Source: the human T2T-CHM13v2.0 reference genome, Homo sapiens. From it: DNA of 64,000 nt. Shown here piece by piece: positions 1 through 11,232 of the stretch (its first letter is position 1; every line of letters begins with the position of its first letter). The notes under the pieces are model-generated. The model was not told the origin of the DNA. It saw only the letters and a program-made list of their open reading frames with translations, and searched no databases. The stretch is from the NCBI RefSeq assembly GCF_009914755.1, contig NC_060947.1; one strand, given 5' to 3'. The position numbers and the translations under genes are program-made.

Positions 1-1150
1 TGGCTATTGTATATGGGATTATACTGTTAATTTGACTCTCAGTCTAAACATTATTTGTGTATACCAATGCTACTAAATTTTTTTCATTGATTTTGTATCC
101 TAAAACATTATGTTTTTGTTCATTGGTTTTGTATCCTGATGGATTTTTCATTTCTAATATCCTTACCTTATTGCTGGCTGGTTATTTTATTATTTTTGAC
201 ATTTTTCTGTGGCATAAATTGTTCCACATATGATTTTATTATATTTTGACCCATTTGCAGGAATAGTTATTTAAACCATTTTTGAAGGTTTTTTTTTTTT
301 GTGTGTGTGTGTGTGTGTGACCCCAGAAGGACTCATTTTGGCTATCTCATTCCCTGTTTTTTTCTTTTCTTTTGAATTAGCTGGCCAATGGTTTAGCTTT
401 TTGCTATTAATTCAGATGAGCTATTATTTGTAAGCACATCCTCAGTCTTTAACTTTTCCATATTTTGTTTCAAACAAAGTCAACTCATTTGGGTAAAGTT
501 GAAAGCTTTTCTGTCTTATGAACTGATTTTTTTCTTCTGGGGAAAGTCACTGAGCTATACACTAAACACTATGCAGAGGAGTAGCCTTTGGCCTTCTTGT
601 CTCATCTTTTTTTGTGTGTGTAATATCTTCATTACCATTGACCTAGGGTAAGATAAATTAGGTTCGCAGTATTCTCAGCATGCCACCCTTGGGGTAGAGG
701 AGGTGTGGGTAAGATAGAGAAAGGAAGCCTCTGCCCTATTAAATTCACCAGCTAGTTATTCAGCCTCTTAAAATTGGAATTGAAAGAGATGAGAAGTGAT
801 GGTTTCCTGGACCTCCAAGTAAGATACTGCATCCCTTGATTGGGACCTGAGATAAGAGGCAGCCCTGTCTGATTTGCCACAGTTACCCACAGTGTGGCTT
901 TTATCCAGCTGAGCTATGGGAAAGAGGAGAGAAAGATCAGGTCATGGCTCAAGAGCCATAGACTCTTGCTGTTCTTACAGAAGTTTGGTAGAATTGTTTT
1001 TGAATAAATATTTATTCACTTACTAAATTCCTTTAAAATAATATTTAGAGACTATTTAAAAATATCATTTCTATCAATTTTTCTTGTTTCACTGAAGAAT
1101 GAGTACCCAGAACTCCTTATGCTGTTATTACAAAAGGGAAACTCAAAAGT
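1..1150 (-). mobile_element. Old L1 (L1M) fragments: ORF2 piece (1-~140) followed by probable 5' region
   Basis: 1-140 (tggctattgt...gattttgtatcctaaaac) parallels the minus-strand L1 ORF2 at ~29470-29580; the remainder is T-rich and only weakly L1M-like. Confidence 0.5.
289..319. repeat. Compound (T)12(GT)n microsatellite
   Basis: Directly visible. Confidence 0.95.
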
Positions 1151-1352
1151 GCTTACTTTTTAATATAGTAGAGTTTATATATTTTTCCTTTATAATCAAT
1201 ATTTTCTCTGTCTTGTTTAATAAACACTTTTTTCTTTCTCTGAGGGCTCAGAAATACTGTATCATGTTATTCTCCAAAATATTTATCATATTATCTTTCA
1301 CATTTAGGAGAAAATACATATGTAATTTATTTTATGCATGTCATAAAATATG

Positions 1353-1356
<4 letters not shown>

Positions 1357-1398
<42 letters not shown>
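1357..1398. repeat. (TA)n microsatellite, about 21 units
   Basis: Directly visible; produces the YIYIYI stretch of the spurious ORF 1099-1452. Confidence 0.97.
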
Positions 1399-1401
<3 letters not shown>

Positions 1402-1822
1402 CTTTATTTTCTGCCTGGGCTAGTACTTAGGTGGTGGCTGTTTTGTGTATGAGGATAGAAAATGAACAAATATATAAAAATTCTGTAAAGTATTATCTTT
1501 CTGATTGAATTCATGAATTTAAGGAACAAATAATTACAATGCTAATTTATTTCTTAGGACAGGTAAAATTATTGTAACCAGTAAAAATAAGATTCTTCTT
1601 TCCTTTGATTTTGAAGGATCTTGAAGAAACATAAATAGCATATGCCAAAATGAGTTTTGAGAAGGACAATTTTGAAAGATTTTAAAAACACTTAAGCAAA
1701 TACTGATTGCATGGCATTTGATGATAACTGGAGAATTTGTGAATAGGATTTCTTTGGAGAGAGTTGAGCTGTGAATTCTATGTTTTCAAAAGGTGAGCTT
1801 GGTGATACTACTATAAACAACT

Positions 1823-2172
1823 TATCTTAGTCCATTTAGGTTGCTACAAATATACCATCATTTGGATGGCTTAAACAACAAACATTTATTTCTCACACTT
1901 CTGGAGAATGAGAAGCCCAAGATTATAGTGCCAGCTTGTTTGAGTTCAAAGGAGGGTTATCTTCTGCGTTCGAGACTATTGACTTCTCCCTGTGTTCTCA
2001 CATGGTGGGAGAGTTTCCAGGGTTCTGTTTTATAAAGACATGAATTCCATTTATGAAGGCTCTACTCACATTACCTAATCACCTTCAAAAGGCTCTATGT
2101 CCTAATACCATCTAAGTGGGATTAGGGTCTCCACATATAAATTTTGGGAGGACACAAACATTTAGCCCACCT
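1823..2172 (-). mobile_element. MaLR solo LTR, MLT1A/MLT1A0-type
   Basis: tcttagtccatttaggttgctac...atttatttctcaca...gacacaaacatttagccc is the reverse complement of the MLT1A pattern (TGAATGTTTGTGTCC start). Confidence 0.8.
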
Positions 2173-2844
2173 CAAGTCAAGATTGGAGGGCTTTAATGAG
2201 ATAATGTTGGGAAATTTGTCGTTCTCTCTGGCAGTGACAGGAGCAAAGTTGACTAATGTTTGAATCTTGCTGGAAAATTATAATAATAAATCCTAGTATA
2301 GAGCTGATTTTAAAACAATTTTGAGAGAAATGGGCAACGTTTGGTGACCTGTGTCACCAGAGTTTGTTGAAGCATACAGCAAGCAACAATGTGAAGAATC
2401 TTGGATTCTGTTCAATTGATAAGTAGCATTGATGAAGCTAAATATTTATCTTTGAAGATGGATTTCTAGGATCTGATGATCAAGTGATTGACTGCTGAAG
2501 TTAATTGCATTTTCCTGAGTCAAGGGAACTTCAAGTGAGATTAAAACAGAAAAGAAAAGGAGGGAATTCCTAAAGAACTTTAAAAATTACCCTATGATGC
2601 GTAAGAGATTCTCGGTTTTATATTGTTTAAACACCTTTCAGGTCTAAAAAGTACAGACTAAATATCTTCCCTAGCCCCAAGGCTTGAAGGAAGTGGATAT
2701 TATTTACTAATGTGATTTGCAAGGTAGACAATTCTGAAGGACACTTGATGTAAAATTTAGCCAAAAGTTGTCTATATCACTCAGTAACTCCATACTTACA
2801 ATGGGTATATCAAAGGGTCTAGAAACTGTAAATGAGCTAATAAT

Positions 2845-3261
2845 CTGTTTATGATCTTTGCCCACTTTTAAATGAAATATTTGTTATTTTGTTTCCTTTG
2901 TTATTTTCTTTTCTAACAGTTATTTGTTTGAGATTCTTATAGAATCTGATTATTAGTTCCTTGACAGACACATAGTTTGCAAATATTTCCTCTCATTCTC
3001 AGGTTCTTCATGCACTCAGTTGATTACACTTTTGCTGCTGTTGTGAAGAATCTTTAGTTTAACCGAGACACCCTTGTTTACTTTTGTTTTTGTTATATTT
3101 GCTTTTGAGGTCTTAGACATAAATTATTTGACTACACCAATGTCCAGAAGAGATTTGCCTGGGTTTTCATTAAGTATTTCAATAGCTTCAGGTCTTACAT
3201 TTAAATCATTAATACATCTTGAGCTGATTTGTATATGGTAAGAGATAGGAGTCCAATTTTC
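2845..3261 (-). mobile_element. L1 (L1MA-like) late-ORF2 fragment
   Basis: tttgcccactttt...tagtttgcaaatatttc...ggtcttacatttaaatc is collinear with other minus-strand L1 ORF2 3' parts in the window (28550-28920, 44030-44400). Confidence 0.85.
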
Positions 3262-6200
3262 TTGATCTAGTCTATTGTTGATCTAGTCTATTGTTGAAAC
3301 TTTCAACTATAGTTTGTAATTATTTTAATAAATACCTATTTCCAGAAGTTCTGTTTTTTGTTCTTTTTAAAATATCTACGTCTTTGCTAAATCTCTCATT
3401 CATACCTTGAATCGTTTTTCTGAATTTTTTGTATTGATTGCAGATTTCTCTTGAATCTCATTGAGCTTCTTTAAAAATAAATGTTTTAATTTTTATCTGG
3501 TATTTCAAAAATTTTGTTTATGTTAAGATCTATTGCTGGGCAGTTAGTGTGATTTTGGGGTGGGGGGTGTTGTAATACCCTGTTTTCTTTTTTTATACTT
3601 CCAAAATTGTTATGCTGGTTCCTTCTCATCTGTAAAGACTGTCACTTCTTAATTTTAAATTTATTTCCGTTTTTTGGCTTTTATTCTTTAAAGATGTGAC
3701 TAGAATGTTTGTTGAGTAGTCTCATGTGGCTTTGCTTCTGGGTGCTTTCAGTGGCAAAGACTTTGTATGAATTCCTTGATTATAGATAGCATTTGTGTAG
3801 TGGCTTTTTCAAATGCCAGGTGGAGTCACGGTGTATTGGGCATGTGAGCAGGCTCACAGCCTCCTATGGAGCTGCAGTCACAGTGATCTTAAAAAGCTAA
3901 TCTCATTCCCATGTGCTGTGCAGTTGTGTCAGCAGAATTGAATTGAGTTGTGCAGCTTGATCCCCAGGCCAGCAGGTGGCACTTCCAGGTAATAGACAGC
4001 TGGGGTCGTAGCAGTAGTGTTTATACTTAATTTTTTCACTGGATGAAGCTCTCCAGTGTCTCAGGCAATAGGCTGCTCTGTGGAATGCACAGCGGTCTTG
4101 ACTCTTGTCTCAGCCCCAAAATGGAGACAAAACTGGTGGAGCTGGACTGGGGAGCCTTGCCTTCAGGTCTGTCAGGAGTGGGCACAAGCACCAGCCCTGA
4201 CTGGGGTGGCAAGAAAGTTTCATGTTTCTGGGGAAGCATGCCAAGGTCTCAACATGCACGGAGAAGCTGTCCCTGTACCATGGCCTTGGCAGGCAGGAAT
4301 GTCATCTGTTTCTATCATGCCACTGTCCCAATTCTGGGGATGTTCATTTCAGTCAGACATTGCTGTTTATGTCCTGGCTACAACGTAGACCAGAGCTGTA
4401 GTTGACACCTGCTTTGTGGCTGAGTATTAAACTTCTGTGCTGTCTGGAAATGGCTGTGGTGTGCAGATTTCCATGCAGCTCTCCAGACCTCTTGCTTTCC
4501 ATGGCAGAAGCACTGCAGCTTTGTGCAGAGAAAGAGAGGTTTCCTACCTGATATGGTTTTGCCATGTCCCCACCCAAATCTCATCTTGAATTGTAGCTCC
4601 AACAATTCCCACGTGTGGGAAGGACCCTGTAGGAGGTAACTAACTCATGGAGGCAGGTCTTTCCCATGCTGTTCTTGTGATACTGAATAAGTCTCATGAG
4701 GTCAGATGATTTTTAGAAAGAGGAGTTTCCCTGGACAAGTTGTCCTTTCTTGTCCATTGCCATGTGAAACGTGCTTTTCACTTTCTGCCATAACTGTGAG
4801 GCCTCCCTAGCCATGTGGAACTGTGAGTATATTGAACCTCTTTTTTCTTATAAATTACCCAGTCTTGGGTATGTCTTTATAGGTGGTGTGAAAGCAGACT
4901 AATACAGTAAATTGGTACCAGTACAGTGGGGCACTGCTGTAAAGATACCCAAAATGTGGAAGCCACTTTGGAACTGGGTAACAGGAAAAGATTGGAACAG
5001 TTTGGAGGGCTCAAAAGAAGACAGGAAAATGTGGGACAGTTTGGAACTTCCTAGAACCTTGTTGAATGGCTTTGACAAAAATGCTGATAATGATATGGAC
5101 AATGAAACCAAGGCTGAGGTTGTCTCAGATGTAGATGAGGAATTTGTTGGGAATTGAAGCAAAGGTGACTCTTGCTATGTTTTAGCAAAGAGACTGGCAG
5201 CATTTTGCCCCTGCCCTAGAGATTTGTGGAACTGTGAACTTGAGAGAGGTGATTTAGGGTATCTGGTGGAAGAAATTTCTAAGCAGCAAAGCATTCAAGA
5301 GGTGACTTGGATGCTGTTAAAGGCATTCAGTTTTATAAGGAAAACAAAGCATAAACATTTGGAAAATTTGCAACCTGACAATGCAATAGAAAGGAAAATC
5401 CAATTTTCTGAGGAGAAATTCAAGCCACTGTCTGCAGAAATTTCCATAAGTCAACAAGGAGTCAAATGTTAATCACCCAGGCAATGAAGAAAATGTCTCC
5501 AGGGCATGTCAGAGACCTTTGCAGTAGCCCCTTCCAACACAGGCCTGGAGGCCTAGCCTAGTGGAGCTGTGAGAAGAGGGTTACCATCCTCCAGACCCAG
5601 AATGGTAGACCCACTGACAGTTTGTGTTGTGCTTCTGGAAAAGCTGCAGGCATTCAACACCAGCCCATGAAATCAGCCAGGAGAGAGGCTATACCCTGCA
5701 AAGTCACAGGGGCAGAGCTGTCCATGACCATGTGAATCCACCTCTTGCATCAGCATGACCTGGAATGTGAGACATGGAGTCAAAGGAGATCAATTTGGAG
5801 CTTTAAGATTTGACTGTTCTGCTGGATTTTGGACTCGTATCGGGACTTTAGCCTTTTCGTTTTGGCCAATTTCTCCCATTCAGAACAGCCGTATTTACCC
5901 AATGCCTGTACACACATGGTGTCTGGGAAGTAACTAACTTGCTTTTAATTTTACAGGCTCATAGACAGAATGGACTTGCTTTGTCTCAGATGGGACTTTG
6001 GACTGTGAACTTTGAGTTAATGCTGAAATGAGTTAAGACTTTGCGGGACTGTTGAGGTAGCCTGATTGGTTTTGAAATGTGAGGACATGAGATTTAGGAA
6101 GGACCAGGGGTAGAATGATATAGTTTGGTTGTGTCTCCACTCAAATCTCATGTTGAATCATAGCTTCCGCAATTCTCATGTGTTGTGGGAGGGACCCAGT

Positions 6201-7202
6201 GGGAGGTAATTGAATCATGAGGGCAGGTCTTTCTCTTGCTGTTCTTGTGATAGTGAATAAGTCTCATGAGATCTGATGGTTTTATAAAGGGGAGTTTTCC
6301 TGTACAAGTTCTCCTCTCTTGTCTGCTACCATGTGAAATGTGCCTTTCACCTTTTGCCATGATTGTGAGACATCCCAAGCCACAGGGAACTGTGAGTCCA
6401 TAAAACCTCTTTTTCATTGTTAATTACTCAGTCTCAGGTATGTCTTTATCAGCAGTGTGAATGCAGACTAATGCATTACCTTTCAAGCAAATTCAAGCTC
6501 AGAGACCATGCTGCCAGTAGGGATGCAGTTACCCTTCACAGCTCCAAGCAGGCTGCCCTGCTCCTCACCAGTGCCAAATTCCTGTGGGAGTAGCAATGGC
6601 TATGTCTACAGCAGTGAGCACTGTGGCAGGAATAGTCTCACTCCTTACATCTGGGCTCAAGCATCAAGGCTGGTTGGCTGGTGGAATGGGATTTTACTCC
6701 TTGCTTTCAGAGTCCAGCAAATAGTTTGTGCCTCTACTGGAAGTAAAGCTGTCAATCATGGGCCTAAGCCAAAAGCCCCTGGACACTGGAAAGTGCACAC
6801 TTTGCATTCCTTTTTCCCAGGGGCTGCCCTCTTTGTGCACAGGAATTTCCCTTCCCTTAAGAGTAGCACTTCCTGAGAGCTAAATCACTGGAACCTTGCA
6901 TCTCCCTTGGGTCCAACCAGCATTGTGCTGCTGTTGCCCTTCAAGTGTGTGAGGAATTTCTACAGAAGCTCCCAGGTTGTGGAGACAAAAAGGGTAATTT
7001 TTGCTGCTTGGAATACAGTCTCTCAATGCTTGTGTTCCACAATGGTCCCCTGTTACAGACACTTGAGTTATGGGGGAGAGAAAGTGACTGATGTGAGTTT
7101 GCTGTCTGGTGTAATGGCCTCTGATAGTCCCCAAATCACCACTCTCACTAGTGTCTTAGCTCAAAAGGGCAGAGAAACTTTGCCACAGGTTGGATATCAG
7201 CA
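3262..7202 (-). mobile_element. L1 (L1M1/L1MA-type) ORF1 N-terminus and 5'UTR, split by THE1 insertion at 4549-6475
   Basis: ttgatctagtctattgttgaaactttc...cattgagcttctttaaa is typical antisense ORF1 start; more GC-rich UTR-like sequence continues on both sides of the THE1 TSD. Confidence 0.7.
4549..6475 (+). mobile_element. THE1B/C MaLR element: LTR 4549-4906, internal region with ~370-bp deletion, LTR 6116-6475
   Basis: Both LTRs start TGATAT(G/A)GTTT and end GACTAAT(A/G)CA; internal starts GTAAATTGGTACCAG; 5-bp TSD CTACC/TTACC. Confidence 0.95.
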
Positions 7203-7336
7203 GTCTATTTGATCATGGTGGATTAACTTTTTGATAAGCTGCTGAATTTGGTTTGCAAGTATTCTGTTGAGGATTTTGACATCTATGTTCACCAAGGATA
7301 TTGGCCTGAAGTGTTTTTTTTTGTTTGTTTGTTTGG

Positions 7337-7378
7337 TGTGTGTGTGCGTGTGTGCGTGTGTGTGTGTGTGTGTGTGTG
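7337..7378. repeat. (TG)n/(CG)-interrupted microsatellite within L1 ORF2
   Basis: Directly visible. Confidence 0.95.
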
Positions 7379-9057
7379 CATGTCTGCTGGGTTTGGGTAT
7401 CAAATTATGCTGGCCTCATAGAATGAGTTGGAGAGGAGTCCTTTCTCAATTTTCTGGGAAGGTTTCTTTAGGAATAGTATGAGCTCTTCCTTGTACATCT
7501 GGTAGATAGAATTCGACTGTAAATCCATCAGGTCCAGGCATAGGTTGATAGGCTATTTATTTCTGATTCAATTTCCCAGCTTGTTATTGGTCTGTTCAGG
7601 GAATCAATTTTTTACTGACTCAGTCTTGGAAGGGTGTGTATGTCCAGGAATTTACTCATCTTTTCTAGGTTTTCTAGTTTGTGTGAGTAGAGTTGTTTGC
7701 AGTAGTTTCTGATGTTTTTTTTTATTTGTGTGGGTTATTTAGTAACATTTCCATCATCATTTCTAATTTTGCTTATTTGAATCTTCTCATTTTTCTTCTT
7801 TATTGGCCTAGCTAGCGGCCAATCTATTTCACCAACTCCTGCATTCATTAATCTTTTCAATGTTTTTTCTTGTCTTAATTTCTTTCCGTTCAGCTCTGCT
7901 TTTTGTTATTTCTCATCTTCCATTCACTTTGAGGTTGATTTTTTCTTGTTTCACCAATTCCTTCACTTGTGAATTTAGGTTGTTAACTTAAAATCTTTCT
8001 AACTTTTCAATGTGAGAATTTAGTGCTATGAATTTTCCTCTTAACACTGCCTCTGCTTTGTTGCAGAGATTCTGGTATATTATATCTTTGCTTTCATTAT
8101 TCTCAAATAACTTCTTGATTTCTGCCTTAATCTTATTATTTACATGAAAGTAATTCAGGATAATGTTGTAATTGAATGGTTTTGAACTATTTTCATGGTC
8201 TTGACTTCTATTTTTATTGCACTGTGTTCCAAGAGTATGTTTGGTATGATTTTTGTTCTTTTGCACTTGTTCAGGATAGTTTTATGTCTAATTATATGGT
8301 TGATTTTAGAGTATATGCCACGTGGCAATGAGAAGAATGTATATTCTGTTGGTTTTGGGTGGAGAGTTCCATAAAGGTCCATAATATCCATTTTGGTCCA
8401 ATGTTGAGTTTAGGCCCTGAATATCTTTGTTAATTCTCTGCCTTGATAATCTGTCTAATACAGTCAGTAGAGTGTTGAAGTCTCTCACTTTATTGTGTGG
8501 GAGTCTATGTCTCTTTGTAGGTCTCTAAAAACCTGCTTTACAAATCTGGATGCTCCTGTGTTGGGTGAATATATGTTTACAACAGTTAGATCTTCTTATT
8601 GAATTGAACCCTTTACCATTATGTAATGCCCTTCTTCATCTTTTTTGATCTTTGTTGGTTTGAAATATGTTTTTTCTGAAATTAGGATTGCAATCCCTGC
8701 TTATGTTTTCCCTTTGGTTGGTAGACTTTTCTTTGTCCTTTTATTTTGAGCTTATGAGTATCAGTACTTGTGAGATGGCCCTCACATAATAACACACAAT
8801 ACATTATTTCAACATTTGCATGTCTGAAAAGGATCTTATTTCTCTTTCACTTAGGAAGCTTAGTTTGGCTGGATAGGAAATTCTTGGTTGAATATTTTTT
8901 TCTTTAAGAATCATAAATATAAGCATCCAATCTCTTCTGGCTTGTAGATTTTCACCTGAGAAGTCCACTGTTCTCCTGATGGAGTATTTTTCTTTTTTGT
9001 AGGTTACCTGCCCTTTCTCTTTAGCTGACTTCAATATTTTTTTCTTTCATTTCAACC

Positions 9058-9625
9058 TTGGGAAATCTGATGATTATGTGTCTTTGGGGTGATTTATTGT
9101 GTACAATCTTGAAGGAGCTGTCTGTATTTCCTGAATTTGATTGTTGACCTCTCTATCAAGTTTGGGGAAGTTTTCGTGGATGATATCAAGAAATATATTT
9201 GCTAAGTTGTTTGCTTTCTCACCCTCCTTTTCAGGATGCCAGGGATTCATAGATTTTGCCTCTTTACATAATCCCATGCTTCTCTGGGTTTTGTTCATCC
9301 CTTTTTATTCTTTTTTTCTTTATTTCATTTTGACTGTTTTATTGGGAAATCTGATGATTATGTGTCTTTGGGGTGATTTATTGTGTACAATCTTGAAGGA
9401 GCTGTCTGTATTTCCTGAATTTGATTGTTGACCTCTCTATCAAGTTTGGGGAAGTTTTCATGGATGATATCAAGAAATATATTTGCTAAGTTGTTTGCTT
9501 TCTCACCCTCCTTTTCAGGATGCCAGTGATTCATAGATTTTGCCTCTTTACATAATCCCATGCTTCTCTGGGTTTTGTTCATCCCTTTTTATTCTTTTTT
9601 TCTTTATTTCATTTTGACTGTTTTA
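9058..9625. repeat. 284-bp head-to-tail tandem duplication in L1 ORF1
   Basis: 9058-9341 versus 9342-9625; two mismatches by eye; ORFs 9074-9298 and 9358-9582 differ by one residue. Confidence 0.97.
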
Positions 9626-10660
9626 TTTCAGAACAACGTTTTTCAGGTTCTGAGATTCTTTCCTCAGCTTGGTTTATTCTGTTGTTAATACGTGTGATTG
9701 CATTGTGAAATTCTTGTATTGTGTCATTTAGCTGTGTAAGACCTTTTAGGTTCCCTTGGGCTGAATATTTCATCATTCAACTGCTGTATTACTTAGTTGT
9801 GATTCTTATTTTCCTTTGATTGGGTTTTGTCATCCTCCTGAATCTCCATTACCTTTATTCCTATCCATATTCTGACTTATATTTATGTCATTGCAGTCAG
9901 TATAGCCTGGTTAAGAACTCTTGTTGGAGAACTGGTGCAGTTGTTTGGAGGACATAAAACACTCTGGCCATTTGAGTTACCAGAGTTTCTGCACTGGTTT
10001 ATTCACATCTCGATATTGGGTGTTCCTTTAACTACAGTGTAGGTTGAGTACAGTCAATAGACTTCTTTTCTGGATGTTTTCACTGGTCCAAGGCTTTGTA
10101 CAGGGTTTTTATTTGAATCTTCCTCCTTGTCTCTGGTTTCAGAGGGAGGTATGTTAGTGGGGTTATTTTTGGTGTTAAACCATGGGGGTGTAATCCAGCA
10201 GGTGGCAATTAGGCTTATTGGTTAGTTGGTAGACTTTTGTTGGTTGTGTAGCTCTCTTATGTTTCCTCACAGTTGCAGTCATATTTTCTCTTAATGCTAT
10301 GAAAGTGTGGGTTTCTTTCCCCCTTGAGGGCTGGTTGTAAAACATGACTTGACACTCCTAGGCTGCCCACTGCAGCTCTGGGGTGCTATCAGTGTTTTTC
10401 TTCTTTCCCCAACTTGGAGGCAGCAGAGGAAGGGATCTTAGTAGTGGTTGTGGCTGAGGGTAATTTGCCTGTCTCCTGGAGAGATGCAGGTCAGAAATCT
10501 CTCAGTGCAATCAGCCTAGGATGGAAGGTTTGTGCTGTGGGCCTAAGCCAGGGGTTCCCTGTCTGATTATGAGCACTGGGGGGTGTGTAGAACCTGTGGA
10601 AGATGGACTGGCCTTGTTTTTTTGGGTCTACTGCAGCTCGTTGGATGTGTGAATAAGCGC

Positions 10661-11108
10661 TGAATTAGTCAGGATTCTCCTGAGGGACAGAACAAATAGG
10701 ATAGATATACATATATAAAGGGGAGTTTGTTAAGTAGTATTAACTCACACAATCACAAGTTCCCACAATAGTCTGTCTCAACCTGAGGAGAAAGGAAGCC
10801 AGTCTGAGTCCCAAAGCTGAAGAACTTGGAGTCTGATGTTTGAGGGCAGGAAACATCCAGCATGGGAGAAAGATGTAGACTGGGAGGCTAAGCCAGTCTA
10901 GACTTTTCATGTTTTTCTCTCTGCTTTATATTCAGGCAACACTGGCAGCTGATTAGATGGTGCTCACCCAGATTAAGGGTTGATCTGCCTTTCCCAGCCC
11001 ACTGACTTAAATGTTAATCTCATTTGGCAACACCCTTACAGAGACACCCAGATCGATACTTTGCATCCTTCAATCTAATCAAGTTGACACTCTGTATTAA
11101 GCATCACA
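10661..11108 (-). mobile_element. MLT2A (MLT2A1/A2, HERV-L) solo LTR inside L1 5'UTR
   Basis: Minus strand starts TGTGATGCTTAATACAGAGTGTCAACTTGATTAGATTGAAGGATGCAAAGTAT, matching the MLT2A start; degenerate TSD AGCGC/GGCAC. Confidence 0.9.
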
Positions 11109-11232
11109 GGCACCTAAGGTCTTTGGTCTTTTGTTAGTCTGAGGGTAGTAAGGGCAGTTCCACTGCAGAGGTAGTGGCAGAGAACCTTTCAGTTGCCCCT
11201 CAGGGCTCTGCCCATGGAGTTGCAGAGCTGCT

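Noticed and set aside
1099-1452. 117-aa hydrophobic ORF
   Set aside because: Product of AT-rich sequence and a (TA)n repeat; no recognisable domain
2342-2359. Inverted repeat TGGTGAC-CTGT-GTCACCA
   Set aside because: A 7-bp stem is expected by chance in 64 kb; no supporting context
4036-4605. Cluster of overlapping ORFs on both strands
   Set aside because: Lies in a more GC-rich L1 5'UTR where stops are rarer; no protein motif
4899-5472. Similar peptides repeated at 13854-14375 and 49926-50117 (MWKPLWNWVTG.., WNFELER.DLGYL), suggesting a gene family
   Set aside because: Fragments of the known THE1 internal ORF in three THE1 copies, all broken by stops or frameshifts
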